Positions 1-12,854 of a DNA stretch of 64,000 nt are shown here, piece by piece. A program made the translations under genes and the position numbers. Every line of letters begins with the position of its first letter. Position 1 is the first letter of the stretch. Origin of the DNA: Selaginella moellendorffii (lineage: Eukaryota; Plantae; Lycopodiophyta); the NCBI RefSeq assembly GCF_000143415.4, contig NW_003314377.1, positions 124,001-188,000 of the forward strand, read 5' to 3'. Under the pieces are notes generated by a model. That model saw only the letters and a program-made list of their open reading frames with translations. It ran no database searches and was not told where the DNA came from.

Positions 1-3000
1 ACAATACTTAGTAACAGAGAACAGATCATCATGGAGTGATTCACCACGTCCAAGACTCAATAAAATCCAACACTATGGACTAGATGTAACCAAATGATAT
101 CGACAGAGGTAGAGTCAACATAAAAAAAACCATGTAAGTCTAACGACACGATCCTCCGCAACATCATCTGGTAAAGCAAGCCCATCACTGCTAAATCATC
201 ATCGAGCGAAGAAAGTATCAACAGTCTTTTGACAAAGTCTACAAGTAATCATTAGTCACAAAGCAACTAACAATCACCCTTCAACTTGCCTTCACAAGAC
301 CCAAACACCAACTCTTATCATTAAGTTATATACTTGTCCAACATGAATGTGATACCCCAGGTACGAGATAAAAGTTCATAGACAAGCACAAACTAAATGA
401 CCACTCGAATCCAACTCAACCGCGATAAGCTCACTAAAACATTTAGCCACTAACTCTAAGCAAAAGACTAGCTACGCATGATCAACACTCAGTCGAAACA
501 AAAGTGAAGATCATAAGATGGACTCATGTCGGTACACAACCTCCTCATAGACAAAGCTATAGTATGGGTACCAACACCTCAACTCAAACAACTAAGTTGG
601 ACATCTCCATCCTCAGCCAAGGTGCAAGGCTACCAAGACTAAGTCAAGATTAGTGAGAGCTCACTACTCTCATAGAGTCTTAGTGAAATGCAAGGTGCAA
701 CCTGCTACCAAGCAAAACACTATAAAAGAAGGGCACAAGGGTCACCCTTCTTAGAAAAGTGCATCAGCCACTTTTCTACACTAACTCCAGACTCTATCCA
801 ACTCAATTGCCTTAGCCCCAAAAATTAGCATCCCTTTCGGGTCGCATCATACAAACTATATACAAAGGTCTAAGCTAACCAAGGTTAACTCTAACCCCTT
901 CACTAGTTTGTACTAGCTTACGAAAATGGAATGGTTTTCGGCAAAGTGATCAACAGATCAGCCATTGGGGAAGTCTAAGAAAATTTGTGGAAAAATTTCC
1001 ATCATAGAGAAAGAATGACTCTCAGTCCAGGATTGCAAACTTTCAAGTCAACCAACTTCCTCCTACTAACAACTTCACATAGGTTCACCTCAACACAAAT
1101 TCTCACGACCCATAATATGCTTAAGCATCGAACATCTTTGCCCATTTTTCCGACATCCAACACCGACATCCGCAAAAATGCAAAATGAACATCCAAGGCT
1201 TGATCACGAAGACCACATCTTCGGATATCCACCTTTGCACTAACACTCTTCTTCAACCACCATCAAGATCCAATGTGAAGCCAAAACACTAACAAGAAAA
1301 ATGACATGGAAAATCAAGATACAAGGAAAATTCCTCATCACTCGAAATAACAATGCCACTTCCACCAGCACAAGTGCTAGTGATGTTAATGCCTCAACTA
1401 CACACCTTCTCCATCCAAAAATTTACTCCAAGTGTTAACAGATCAACCGACAAGTTATAGCAAATGTATGCTATAACCCTTTTCCAACACCTTAATGGGC
1501 AAACTCAAGGAAACAAGGTACCAACTTAAGCTTAGCACCATGGATCACCATTGAGAATCTAGTCAAAGCTACTACAATGCTACTTCGTACAAGTAGATTA
1601 GCTTCACCATCAACCACTTTGGGGTTGATCATCATTTAACCAAGCAACTTTGTAAACGCATTACTCTTTATCACATGGATATGATATAAGCATCACAATG
1701 ACTTGATCATCAATTGAGCAACACCATGAGCAATGCCTATATCATTACTTCAAAAGTTTATGTGAGTATTAAGTGTCAACTCGATTCGACAAAATGCAAC
1801 ATAAATGCCACACTCTACCGATAGAAATTTACAACATCGAACACCACTAACTTTTGTTCATAACATGGACAAGTTCATGCCACTCTCTTTCCGACTAAAC
1901 TCAAAACTAATCCAACACCAAGCTATTCAATGAGCAATAGCAAAGTTCCCCGGAAAAGAATTGAGCATTGCAACCCAAGTCTTCTAATAGCAAGCCTAGA
2001 CAAAATGGTTTAGCGTTTCACCGCTATCCATCCCACAACTCACTATTTGTAAGACCATCACCTCCAAGATGCATCAAGGTAGGGACTCTTGATTGCATAA
2101 TATGAACACAAGCAATGAGTTAACACCTCGTTGCAAATCATCTCTCCAAGAAGAGAAAATGATTTATGTGTTTGATCCTTTATCCTCGACGACTCTCTTT
2201 TCGGCCTCATCTTGACTAAACTTCAAGCTTGCTTTCACACTGCCTTCAGTTCAATCCAAGAAAAGTTTATGAGAGAGCACAACAATAATTACTTGAACCA
2301 ATAGACTAATCCCTACAGTCTTGATTGATCCACTTATAATCATGCCTAGGAAGGATCCACTAGTGCCGTGCTAAACAGCTACGGACCAGCCTATTTGCCA
2401 CTCATAGTAAACCCAAAGAGGTTTGCTTTCACTCATGGTACATAGAACAACTCATGGAACCATCGATAGGTTAACATTAATCCTGTCAACTCAAAGTGTA
2501 ACCTTGAATTGCTAATGCGCCTCACTCACGAGCCCAAGTGCAAACTCGTGTAAAGTCAGTCTACCCTATGAGCCCAAGAGCAAGCTCACATAATATGGAA
2601 CAAAAAGGTAACCAAAACCTATCCCAAGGAACCAATGCGAAGTCTTTACACCAAAACATGTACCCACTCGGATCATCGTTTTCATCTCTGCGTATGCAAC
2701 GAGACTAGTTACCCAATCTCATTGAATAGTTCTCACCGAGACTCTACCTCTGATACCAAATGTANNNNNNNNNNNNNNNNNNNNNNNNNNNNNNNNNNNN
2801 NNNNNNNNNNNNNNNNNNNNNNNNNNNNNNNNNNNNNNNNNNNNNNNNNNNNNNNNNNNNNNNNNNNNNNNNNNNNNNNNNNNNNNNNNNNNNNNNNNNN
2901 NNNNNNNNNNNNNNNNNNNNNNNNNNNNNNNNNNNNNNNCTAGGAGTGATGGAACCGAACCACGGAGCAACTCCCGAGCATAAAGCCCAAGGAGCGAGGA

Positions 3001-4531
3001 ACAAGAGCCCTGTAGTGCATGTGATCATGGGATGAGATTTGGATATACTGTCACCGCGGATCCTTGGAACCTTGAGGGATAAATGGGGATAAAATAGCCA
3101 CTAAGGGCTCTCTCATCAAGCAATTGCCCCTTTTCCAGTTGGCTTAAGGGGAGAGAGATAAGGTGCGCTACAGTTGGTATCAGAGCAAATGGCACGGGTT
3201 CGATTCCCATTGATTAGTGGCTACTTAAAAGTATAATATACCCTTGAGCAAGGTATATTCCTACCCCTAAATTTGAAATCGTACGTATTGGGCATCCATG
3301 CGTATGTCCTTCCTCTTGTGTGGAGTATCCACGGACGAAGGTATCCACTGTGGGACTGCGGTACGGGTGGATGACTAGTTGCCTCACATGGAATAGCTGA
3401 TCTACACAATTGAAGGATTGATAGATTGAGTGCAGAAATGGAGGTGCTGGTTCCCCTTGGCAATAATAGTCAATGAGGACATTGACATCTCTGAAGGGTG
3501 ATCGCATGTGATCATGGGATGAGATTTGGATATACTGTCACCGTGGATCCTTGGAACCTTGAGGGATAAATGGGGATAAAATAGCCACTAAGGGCTCTCT
3601 CATCAAGCAATTGCCCTTTTTCCAGTTGGCTTAAGGGGAGAGAGATAAGGTGCGCTACAAGCCCGGAGCGACTTGGAACAGTCCTAGAGTAACTAGCATC
3701 CCATTGCCAGGACCAGCACGCAAAATGGAGCCAAACGGAGTCTGGCGCTATTTCAGCATACCGGTGGCCTAATGCGAGGATATGGGTACCCCACCAACTA
3801 GCATGGTATGGAACTTGGGCTTAGACCCAAGCCAGACACAAAACAAGGATAGGCATGCAAGTGGGAGCTAGACTATGCCTCAGGTTGGTCGGCCATGCTC
3901 GACCTACTCACTATCCTTACTATATATTTGGAACCCCCCATAACCCCCCCCCCCCCCCCCCCCTTGAGGAACACACGCTTTGGGCTTTCACCCCAAGCCT
4001 CCCTTAGTATCAGGAGTTAGTCTCTGGGACAAGCTTAAAATTTACTAAATATAGAATGTCCCTAGATTGTGAATTTGGACACGGGACGAACACCACCGAT
4101 CTCTACATTCTGTAGATATGCCAAATGAGCGAATCTAAACACTTTCCATAAATAGCATTTGGGACCAAAATGAGACTAACACAAAGGGCATGATAGCGAG
4201 GGTGTTTGGCAGACACGGTAAGCTATCATCTAGCGATATTGAGGGACCAATCTCAATACGCGAGGGTTCTTGTCACTAGCCTGTGCAAGACATAACGAGG
4301 CGGGAACTCCTTACCGGGCTAAGTATGCTTAGCTAATAACACGTAGGAATTCCGTCCTTATGCTCGTCCGGTCTAAGTACATTCGAAATGCCCAATTAAC
4401 TCCACTAGTACAAAAAGGATTAATAAAGGGTCTAGCAATACCGACCTCCTGCCATTGTGGCAGTAAGGTAAGAGTGTCCGTAAGGACTAGTTGACAGGTA
4501 ACTTTCGATACCCGAAGTCACATTTGCGACA
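1..4531 (-). mobile_element. LTR retroelement copy 1 (non-coding, LARD-like): 5' LTR ~4531->2761 and internal region running off the window start
   Basis: On the minus strand the LTR starts TGTCGCAAATGTG at 4531 and ends TACA at 2761, followed by PBS TGGTATCAGAG (2748-2758). It is the reverse-complement homologue of 10170-15063. No long ORF. An assembly gap (N, 2765-2939) lies inside the LTR. Confidence 0.85.
3011..3659 (+). mobile_element. TRIM (miniature LTR retrotransposon) nested in the LTR of copy 1
   Basis: Near-identical ~160-bp LTRs at 3011-3172 (TGTA...TACA) and ~3499-3659. PBS TGGTATCAGAGC at 3175-3186 and a short purine tract near 3494. 5-bp TSD AGCCC at 3006-3010 and 3660-3664. 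Confidence 0.92.
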
Positions 4532-4866
4532 CTTCTACAACAACATTTTCTTCGAGCTACCACCTCTTGTCAACAGCATAGATTCCAAATGGAAGGGGAT
4601 GGAAACCAAGCAGTATATCCACAATTGGTGCAATATCAAGATCACACACTTTCAACATTTTGAAGGTACAATGTTTACTTTCCAAATAGAAGGAATCTTT
4701 GCATAGGATAAATAAACCTCCTTAAATGGAATGATCTAAAAAGTAGCAATTGAATTAAGCCATAAAATCTCAAATTCACAAATACTAGAACTAACAACAT
4801 ATACTTGATTAAGATGTACACTATCTATAAGTATATATATTTCCTAGATCACCCTTCAATAAGACA

Positions 4867-5166
4867 ATGTATTTAACAATTTTGCATGCCAAGAAATTGA
4901 GTAAATTTTGTTTAATTGGTAAGCTTGCCTACACCAGTACCCATTGTGGAGTCACCAATGCAAAATTCTATGAGGCTAAAGGTGTTGGTTCTATTCGCAT
5001 TGAGCTTAACAAATGGCACTATACGCATGTCTCAGAAATGCAAGAAAATTTGTTATCTATGAAAAGCCTTACTGATACTAGTCTTCAATTTTCTGGAGAT
5101 CAACACAGTATTACTTTTTATTTTGATGTGGTCAAGGTGATGCACAGTACCTATTTACAAAGTTAA
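4867..5166 (+). pseudogene. possible degenerate Ty1/copia pol fragment (post-protease region)
   Basis: AKGVGSIRIE...HVSEMQENLLSMKSLTD resembles the copia G.G.V.I...HVP.L..NLLSV..L.D motif. Flanks are AT-rich and stop-ridden. Confidence 0.4.
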
Positions 5167-6370
5167 TGCTATTTTAGTGCCTCTCCTTGTCAAAATCTAA
5201 GATGCACTGATTCTAGCATAAAAAGTATGGAAATAGAAATGTCGCATACACTTTGGGATTGCTTGCTGATCCTCTCTCCCACCTCTTATTGGTTATGGAC
5301 AAGATCAGGCTTTTTTCACATTAAAGCCTTCCTTTCTTAATAATGTTATGAAAGATCAGTAGTCCAGTGGTGCCTTGGTTCGAGCTATATAAAAGAATAT
5401 TTGTGATAGTTACTCATTTTATGCCCTAGATAGCACTTGAAAGTTTGTGGCATGGTGCGGTGACAACTGGGACGCTTCCAGATAGAACAGAAAGTGGTAG
5501 TTCTGCACCATCAAGCTCCTGCTGCTCTCACTAGCAATAATCAAGAGGCACGAGAGATTTAGTTCTCCTGTGGCAGATCAATGCGGGGGTGATCCTAGGG
5601 AACTGTAATCACCCCTTTGGCGCTTGTCAAAAGCCTCGACCACGCTCTTGCTGAGAAAGTGTTAAAGCTGACAGTGAGGGTGGCGTCCTCCTTCGCATAA
5701 ACCTTTCATGTAGACACCATGGAAGTCTGGCTAGTAAATATCCTTGATGCGTCTCAAGAATCGGGGTGATTTTTGGGTGCTAAAATCGGGAGGAGTATCA
5801 AGCTCGGGCAGGACGGCAGTCTCTCCGAGAAAAAGCGGGCTTGTTTGATTCCCCCAAACCCACCAGGCACATGGAGAACTTCGTCCACTTGAGCTGCCTG
5901 AGGATGGAATTGCCTGTTCGTGACAGGAATGGATGGTGAATGTGTGGCGTCGATGCTCCAAGCACAGCCCTGAACTTGGAAAGATCACACCGAAAGCTTA
6001 CAAAGTCTACTTCTCTGGAAGTTCATACCTCTCAACCTTGGTCCCTGAAAACGTATCCCGCCACCAGGGCGCCAAACACAAGGTCAGCGTCGAGAAAGCT
6101 AGACTGCGAGGAGGAGGAGGAGGAGCGACAGGAGGAGCGCCTGCGATCGATCATGTCTTGTCAATGGAATCAGACGAGACAAGAGAGGCTGGAGCCGCCG
6201 CTGCGCCGATAGGCCAGGAAATGGACTATCACAGCTGCCGCAGTCTCCAGCTTGCCCACGTCAATCTGCGCAAGGCTGAGGTGCTCCAGCGTCGCAATGC
6301 CAGAGCATCCGCATTGATGATCGACGATGATTCAGTGTTTGGCTTGCAAGTATTTACAAATATCGGGAAG

Positions 6371-6614
6371 AGAATCGAACCTGAAACGTTTGTTTTGGGA
6401 GACCGATGTCCTAAATGACTGGTCTAAGCTGTTTTTGTGAGCTGGCGAACCAGAATAATGGCTCCTTATTTAGCAAAATTTTTGCATAAAAGTCCTTGTT
6501 GAGTGGACCCTTCGGCATCGAACCCGGGTCTTCTACAACGGTTTACCTCTACACTTACCTGATAGCCATCATCTCAGCAACCGGGTTCCCGTAATAAAAA
6601 AATCATACCATGTA
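6371..6614 (-). repeat. dispersed ~245-bp repeat with tRNA-like boxes, copy A
   Basis: Highly similar to 19992-20234 and 21119-21361. The minus strand carries GGGTTCGATGCC and GGTTCGATTCT B-box-like motifs. Confidence 0.8.
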
Positions 6615-6749
6615 CTTGAACCATATGACAGGGGTCTTTGCGAAATCCATGGCGTTTTTGTTAGATCGCCCACCAGACGAGATTATCCCCCGCATTCGTG
6701 CTGCTCGGCGTTTCGTCCTTGGCAAAGCCCCTCTTGGGTTGTGAATCGA

Positions 6750-8121
6750 TCATCGTGGTAATGGATCGTCAAGAGTTATGGCCTGGGTTGCAATAGAAAC
6801 TCGCAGAGCAATCTCCACAGCCGCAGGAGCTTTGCGATCTTCTGCTGGTGTGAATCTCATCAGCCCCAAAACTCCACGTTTCAGCAATCCGACGAAACCT
6901 GTAGCGTGTGGCCATACAAACGAACATACCTCGGTATCATCCTCGGCTGCCTCGATGCCTGGAGAGTAACAGTCCCGGGAAGAACCATCATTTGCCCGAA
7001 ACGAAATGACGATGGATCCCCTTGCATTCCCGCTGCCAGCCAAGGACCAGCTTGTGTAGAACTGAGCCCGAGCCGGAGACCAATCCACCGGGGCTGTCCA
7101 AGTGATGCCGAGATCAAGCTCGCTGTGTGTGCCAGAAAAAGAGAGCCTGAAGAGGACGCGAGCACCCGACTTGGAGCAGGGCTGAGACTGAAAACACGAC
7201 TGTCCGCGAAGTTGATGCCTGTTTCTTCGCTGAGATCTCCAGCCAAGTGCTTCGCCAAGCTCTTCTCCAGCTCCAGATAGACACTACTTGTAGTTGCAAG
7301 CGGGCACTTGCCTACCAGCTTTGAGCCAAACATGCTAGAGAGTGTCCAGTCTTGCAGCTTTCGGAAAACAACCTGCTCCAATGTCGTGCCTTCTTCGTCC
7401 CGATCGAAGTCACCGGAAGTGATAAGCAGCCTCTGGGAATGGTACATACCACTGTAAATCGTCTGCCTGTCCAAGAGCGTCGTGAGCCCAGCCTTGTCTC
7501 TACATGGGAGAAGCGTGAGCCATGGCGTGAGCCGTGGCGTTCTACAGAGTGCTTCTCTTGGGAGTGCTCCATACCTCGTCATCGAGCTCTTGCTCCATTT
7601 CTTTCCTTTCACCACCCTCTTCATGCCAGGAGCGTCGAAAGCTCCTCCTCCTCCTGTCCGGTTTGCCTCGGGCCTCGACGAGAACCACGGCCCCAAGAAC
7701 GTAGTTGGCAATTCGAGGAAGTTGATCGATGCGCAAAAGAGGACCGAGAGAGCGTGCGTGAGGTTTCCCCACGTCGAATCCACCTCTGCCTCTGGAAATG
7801 CCGTGAGCTCCACTCCCACTGGCTTGGCGGCGAGCTGCGCGATCGGATCGCCCACGCCCCAGCGCTCGTTGTTCCATCGCCCTTGCCATTTCTTTGATTC
7901 GAAACTTCCAGACCTGTTCCAAGCGATTCTTTCATCATCGTTTCGGGATTTGAGGACTTACGAGCTGGAAGATCGACAAAAGAAAGGGCAAAAGGAGGAT
8001 AGGGTTCGATTTTACCTCTCCACTGAGAAACGTACTTGGAGTAAGAGTTCGCACCTTTGGAAGCACTCTTCTGAAGGCCATGGGTATTTGCACTGTGCTG
8101 GGAGATTCTCTCCAAGGGCAA
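6750..8121 (-). pseudogene. PIG-T: GPI transamidase subunit PIG-T/Gpi16 pseudogene
   Basis: Motifs VDSTWGNLTHALSVLFCASINFLE, RYGALPREA, LTPWLTLLPCRDKAGL, YHSQRL and YGHTLQV. The conserved VCTEN is scrambled, there are frameshifts and internal deletions, and the C-terminus is missing. Confidence 0.8.
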
Positions 8122-8139
8122 GTAAATCTGTGCTTGAAT

Positions 8140-8790
8140 TCTTTCTAGTAGTTATGGCACTAGCATTTTACTGAGTTTATATGTATGGAAAGTGTGGGCT
8201 CATTGAGATGCATTTGATTGAGCGGGATGAAACACGACGATCACTGTCTACGTGTCGCATGAGTGTGGTAAGCAAGCAATCCACCTCTATGCATACTTAT
8301 GTCTAGAAGGGACAAAATGAGTTGATGTTTTGCCAATGCTTGCTCAATGTTGCATGACCATTTGTTTGGTTGCAATTTTGTCTCTACCCAGATTGTTCTT
8401 ATTAGTTGAGCAATAGTCTTGAAGTGCAATTATGTTTTAGTGGAGTTTTGAGCCTTGGACGATTGTCATTTAGCACATATACTTGGCATGGAAAGTTGCA
8501 ATATACATTTCTGATAGAGCAAAATGCAGGCCTAAGATAAAAAAAAGATCACCTTCTCATGGCTTTAGATGCTTGTTTTTCTCTTGAAGTTCTTTGAACT
8601 GATAATCACATTTATAAGTTGTAGTTGGTTATGGGTTGGATTTTTCTCTTTAAGTGGAAAATTTATGGAAAATGCAGGGATGCATACAATGTGTTTGACA
8701 GCATGTGCTATAAAATAAACGTGATCATTTGAATTGCCATGGTTACTGGACATGCTCAATGTGAACATTATTTACAGCAAGGTGAAGGAA
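8140..8790 (+). pseudogene. heavily decayed PLS-class PPR gene remnant
   Basis: Stop-interrupted motifs VYMYGKCG (~8175), ANACS (~8332) and YGKCRDAYNVFDSM...VII*IAMVTGHAQ (~8664-8760). Confidence 0.55.
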
Positions 8791-9234
8791 AAAAAAGGAA
8801 TGAATTGCATAGTCTATGCAAAATTTTCATAATGAATTGATTCAAGTCTTTTAACCACAAAAGAGATCAGGAATGCCCTTAGTGAAGTTGGGAATTTTGC
8901 TTACCATTCTCATATATTTAAAACCAAAGAGCCCATTAGCAAGTAAGTCTTGAATTTTCTCACAATGCCCTAACATTGAATGCAATGTGATTTTAGCCCT
9001 CTTAACACACATATTTTTTCTGTTTTTGCAAAGTGGTTCTATTTCTTTTTCTATATGGGGTAATTTATCTTTTAACTATTGGGCAGGAATATTGCACACT
9101 ATTGTGGCTTTGACATTTTAATATGTTAGGATGTATTATAAAAATTTATTAAATTTAGCATTAAATAGAACAAATAACAATTCTTATTGTACCACCCTCT
9201 AGAGACTAGGTAGTTGTAAGTAATCAAAGATAAC

Positions 9235-9320
9235 AGAATTACACTATATATTGAGAATTACATGATAGAGAATTACACTATATGTTGAGAATTACATGAT
9301 AGAGAATTACATTACATGTT
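9235..9320 (+). repeat. tandem repeat, ~34-bp unit x2.5
   Basis: AGAATTACACTATATRTTGAGAATTACATGATAG is repeated. Confidence 0.8.
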
Positions 9321-9379
9321 AAAATTGACATTTAGTAAATTTAATTTGCCTTTAATTAAGTTCAACATAAATGGTAGGG

Positions 9380-9650
9380 TGTCAAAAGAGCAAGGCTCTT
9401 GGGAAAGTTGTGGATTTTAACTTCCATTTACGAGCATGAACTTGTAAGAAAGTATAATAAATTATAAGTAACTAAAAAGAACGAATTGAGAGAAAATCTA
9501 TAAAGGTCAAATATAGAGGGAAATAACAAAAGTACACCCTTTTTTTTGGGATACTTAGGGGGTTAAAACATCTTAGATTTGAGTATTGGGATATTTAAGG
9601 GTTAAATCTCCTTAGGTTTGAGTAATATTGGGCTAGGTGACCTCTAAAAA
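9380..9650 (+). mobile_element. decayed fragment of the TRIM family found intact at 13531-14225 (internal end, PPT and LTR)
   Basis: Degenerate match to the reverse complement of ~13560-13810 (e.g. ttaacttcc...gagcatgaacttgta...aaaaagaacga...gggctaggtgacctc). A second LTR piece lies at ~10103-10162. Confidence 0.6.
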
Positions 9651-12565
9651 AATCTAAATTTAGGAATGGTATATTTCTCACTCATCTATATAGCATGATT
9701 TTAAATTTAGTTCTCTTAAATATATTGAGCATAACAATTTTAGATCTGATTCTCTAAATACATTAACCATGACACAATTGAGAAATGAGACTATGGTTAT
9801 TTCCTCCTACTACATTAGCATAAAATTGTTTTTCTTTTTATAAAGCTTTATGATTTTTTTTCAATTTATCAATACTTTAGATTTTAGATGTGATTCTGAG
9901 GATAAGGAGAAAGCCATCCTTTGAGGGAGGACAAAAAGTTGGCAGGTCTTTATATTAAATATCTATAAATCCATTTAGTAAATTCTTATGAAATATGATT
10001 GTCTAACATCCTTTTTATTTATAATTTCTAATATATGAGAGACATTGTAATTTGAATTTCTATAATAAATCCACTAAAAACTATTAGTGAAATATAACTT
10101 TATATAAACTCCTGAGTTTGGAGTTTCTAAGAGATCACCCAACTCAATATTATTCAAACCCATAGATATTGTCGCGAATGTGACTTCAGGTATCGAAAGT
10201 TACCTGTCAGCCAATCCTTATGGACACTCTTTCCTTATTGCCATGACGGCAGGAGGTCGGTATTGTTGGACCCTTTATCAACCCCTCTTGTTCAAGTGTT
10301 AGTAAATTAGGCTTTGCATCTATATTTGGCCGGAAGAGCATAAGAACGAAATTCCTAAGTGTCTATTTAGCCAAACATACTTGGTCTGGCTTTTTAGTTC
10401 TCTTTTGCTTTTTCTTGCACTGGCTTGACAAGAACCCTCATGTATTGAGACTAGTCCTTCAATATCGTTACATGATAGCTTACTGTGTCTGCCAAACACC
10501 CTCGCTATCATGCCTTTTGTGTTAGTTTCAATTCGGTTCTAAATGCTATTTATGGAAAGTTGCTCATTTGGCATATCTACGGAATGTAGAGATTGGCTTG
10601 AACACAATGGTGTTCGTCCCGTATCCAAATTCGCATTCTAGCGCTATTTCATATTTAGTAAATTTCAAATTTGTCCCAGAGACTAACTCTTGATACTAAG
10701 GGAGGTTTGGGGTGAAAGCCCAAAGCGTGTGTTCCTCAAGGGGGGGGGCTGTGGGGGGTTCCAAATGTATAGTAAGGATAGTGGGTAGGTCGGGCATGGC
10801 TGACTAGCGTAAGGCATAGTTTAACTCCCGCTTGCGTGCCTGTTTTTGTTCTGCGTCCGGCTTGGGTCTAAGCCCAAGTTCCATTCCATGCTAGCTAGTG
10901 GAGTACCCATATCTTCACGTTAGGCCACCAGTATGCTGAAATAACACCAAACTCTGTTTGGCTCCGTTTTGTATGTAGGTCCTAACATTGGGATGTTAGT
11001 TGCTCTAAGACTATCTAAGTCACTCTATGCTCCTGTCCCTTCGCTCCTTGGGCTGTATGCTCAGGAGTTGCTTTGTGGTCCGGTTCCATCACTCCTTGGC
11101 TCCATGTTTGGGGGTTTGGCATCGTTCCTTTGTTTAGTGGCCCAAGACCCTAAAACTCGGGTTTCACACCACTGTCCTTTGGACACGTGGCATGTGACAT
11201 ATGGCATCTGTCACATGGCACAAAGAGGGTTTAGGTTCCGCTTCGTGGTGTTATCCTATGGTAAATCACCACAGGATAAAGGGTAAAAACCACATGCACT
11301 ACATTTGGTATCAGAGGATGAGTCTCAACGAGTACTATCTAATGAGATTAGGCAACTAGTCTCATTGCATATGCAGAGATGAAAACGATGATTTGAGTGG
11401 GTACACGTTTTGGTGCGAAGGCTTCGCAAATGGTTCTTTGGGTATGGATTTGGTTACCTTTTTGAACTGCATTGTATGAGCTTGCTCTTGGGCTCATAAG
11501 ATGGATTGAGACGTTCCATTTACACGAGTTTTCGCTTGGGCTCATGAGTGAGGCACATTAACAACTCAAAGTTACATTTTGAGTTGGCAGGATTAATGTT
11601 AGCTTATTGGTGGTTCCATGAGTTGTTCCATGTACCGTGGGTGAAAGTAAACCTTCCCTAGGTTTGCTATGAGTGGCAAATAGGCTAGTCCATAGTTGTT
11701 TAGCATGGCACTAGTGGATACTTAGGCATGATTATGAGTGGATCAATCAAGACTGTAGGGATTGGTTTATTGGTTCAAATAATCATTGCCATGCTCTCTT
11801 ATAAATTTTTCTTGGATTGCACTGAAGGCAGTGCGAAAGCAAGTTTAAGGTTTAGTCAAAGATGAGACCGAAAAGAGAGTCGTCAGGGATGAGGGATCAA
11901 ACACGTAAATCATTTTCTTTTCTTGGAGGGATGATTTGCAATTTAGTGTGACTCATTGCTTGTGTTCACAGTATGCAATCAAGAGTCCCTATCTTGATGT
12001 ATGTTAGAAGTGATGGTCTTACAAGTGGTGAGTTATGGGATGGATAGTGGTGAAACGCTAAACCATTTTGTCTAGGCTTGCTATTGGAAGACTTGGGTTG
12101 CAATGCTCAATTCTTTTCTGGGGAACCTTGCTAATGCTCCTTGAGTAGCTTGGTATTAGATTAGTTTTGAGTTTGGTCAGAAAGAGAGTGACATGAGCTT
12201 GTCTGTGTTGTGAACAAAAGTTAGTGGTGTTGGGTATTGTAAATCTCTATTGGTGGAGTGTGACATTTATATTGCATCTTGTCGAATTGAGTTAACACTT
12301 GATACTCACATAAACCTTTGTCATAGTAACATGGGCATTGCTCATAGTGTTGCTTGATTAATGATTAAGACATTGTGATACTTATATCATATTCATGTGA
12401 TAATGAGCAATGTGTTTACGAAATTGCTTGGTTAGACAATGATCAACCCCAAAGTGGTTGATGGTGAAGCTAGTCTACTTGCACGAAGTAGCGTTGTAGT
12501 AGCTTTGATTGGATTCTCAATGGTGGTCCATTATGCTAAACTTAAGTTGGTATGTTGTTTCCTTG

Positions 12566-12854
12566 AATGCTTTATTTCATTAAAGTGGAACTTATTCAGT
12601 AAAGTGGGACATTAATTAGCATGTGTCCACATGCCATTTCCTAGTACTTAATTAATATTTATTAATATTTCTATCAGTTTTTTAATTTATTTTTTATATT
12701 TCACAATATTATAACACAAAATCATATGAAAAGTTTTTAATTTATAAATTATAAAGCTAAAACTTCAATTTTTTATTGTTGTTATAAAAATGGCATGTGG
12801 CCACACACCATAAGTGGGATAATGAAAAGTTCCACTTTAACGAAATAAAGCATT
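12566..12854. mobile_element. MITE (~290 bp, AT-rich) inserted in LTR element copy 2
   Basis: 28-bp terminal inverted repeats AATGCTTTATTTCRTTAAAGTGGAACTT with 1 mismatch, plus sub-terminal inverted CCACATGCCATTT/AAATGGCATGTGG. It is absent from the homologous site in copy 1 (~1505). Confidence 0.85.

Noticed and set aside
2765-2939. ORFs containing X runs
   Set aside because: They are artefacts of the assembly gap (N run).
5400-6418. GC-richer stretch with ORFs 5731-5988 and 5933-6418
   Set aside because: It looks like gene debris, but I recognise no domain and the longer ORF runs into the repeat, so no product can be assigned.
6500-6590. Possible functional tRNA gene inside the repeat
   Set aside because: The T-stem and anticodon arm do not pair properly; it is treated as a tRNA-like repeat only.
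9235-9320. Short repeats resembling a CRISPR array
   Set aside because: The units are tandem with no unique spacers, the context is eukaryotic and there are no cas genes.
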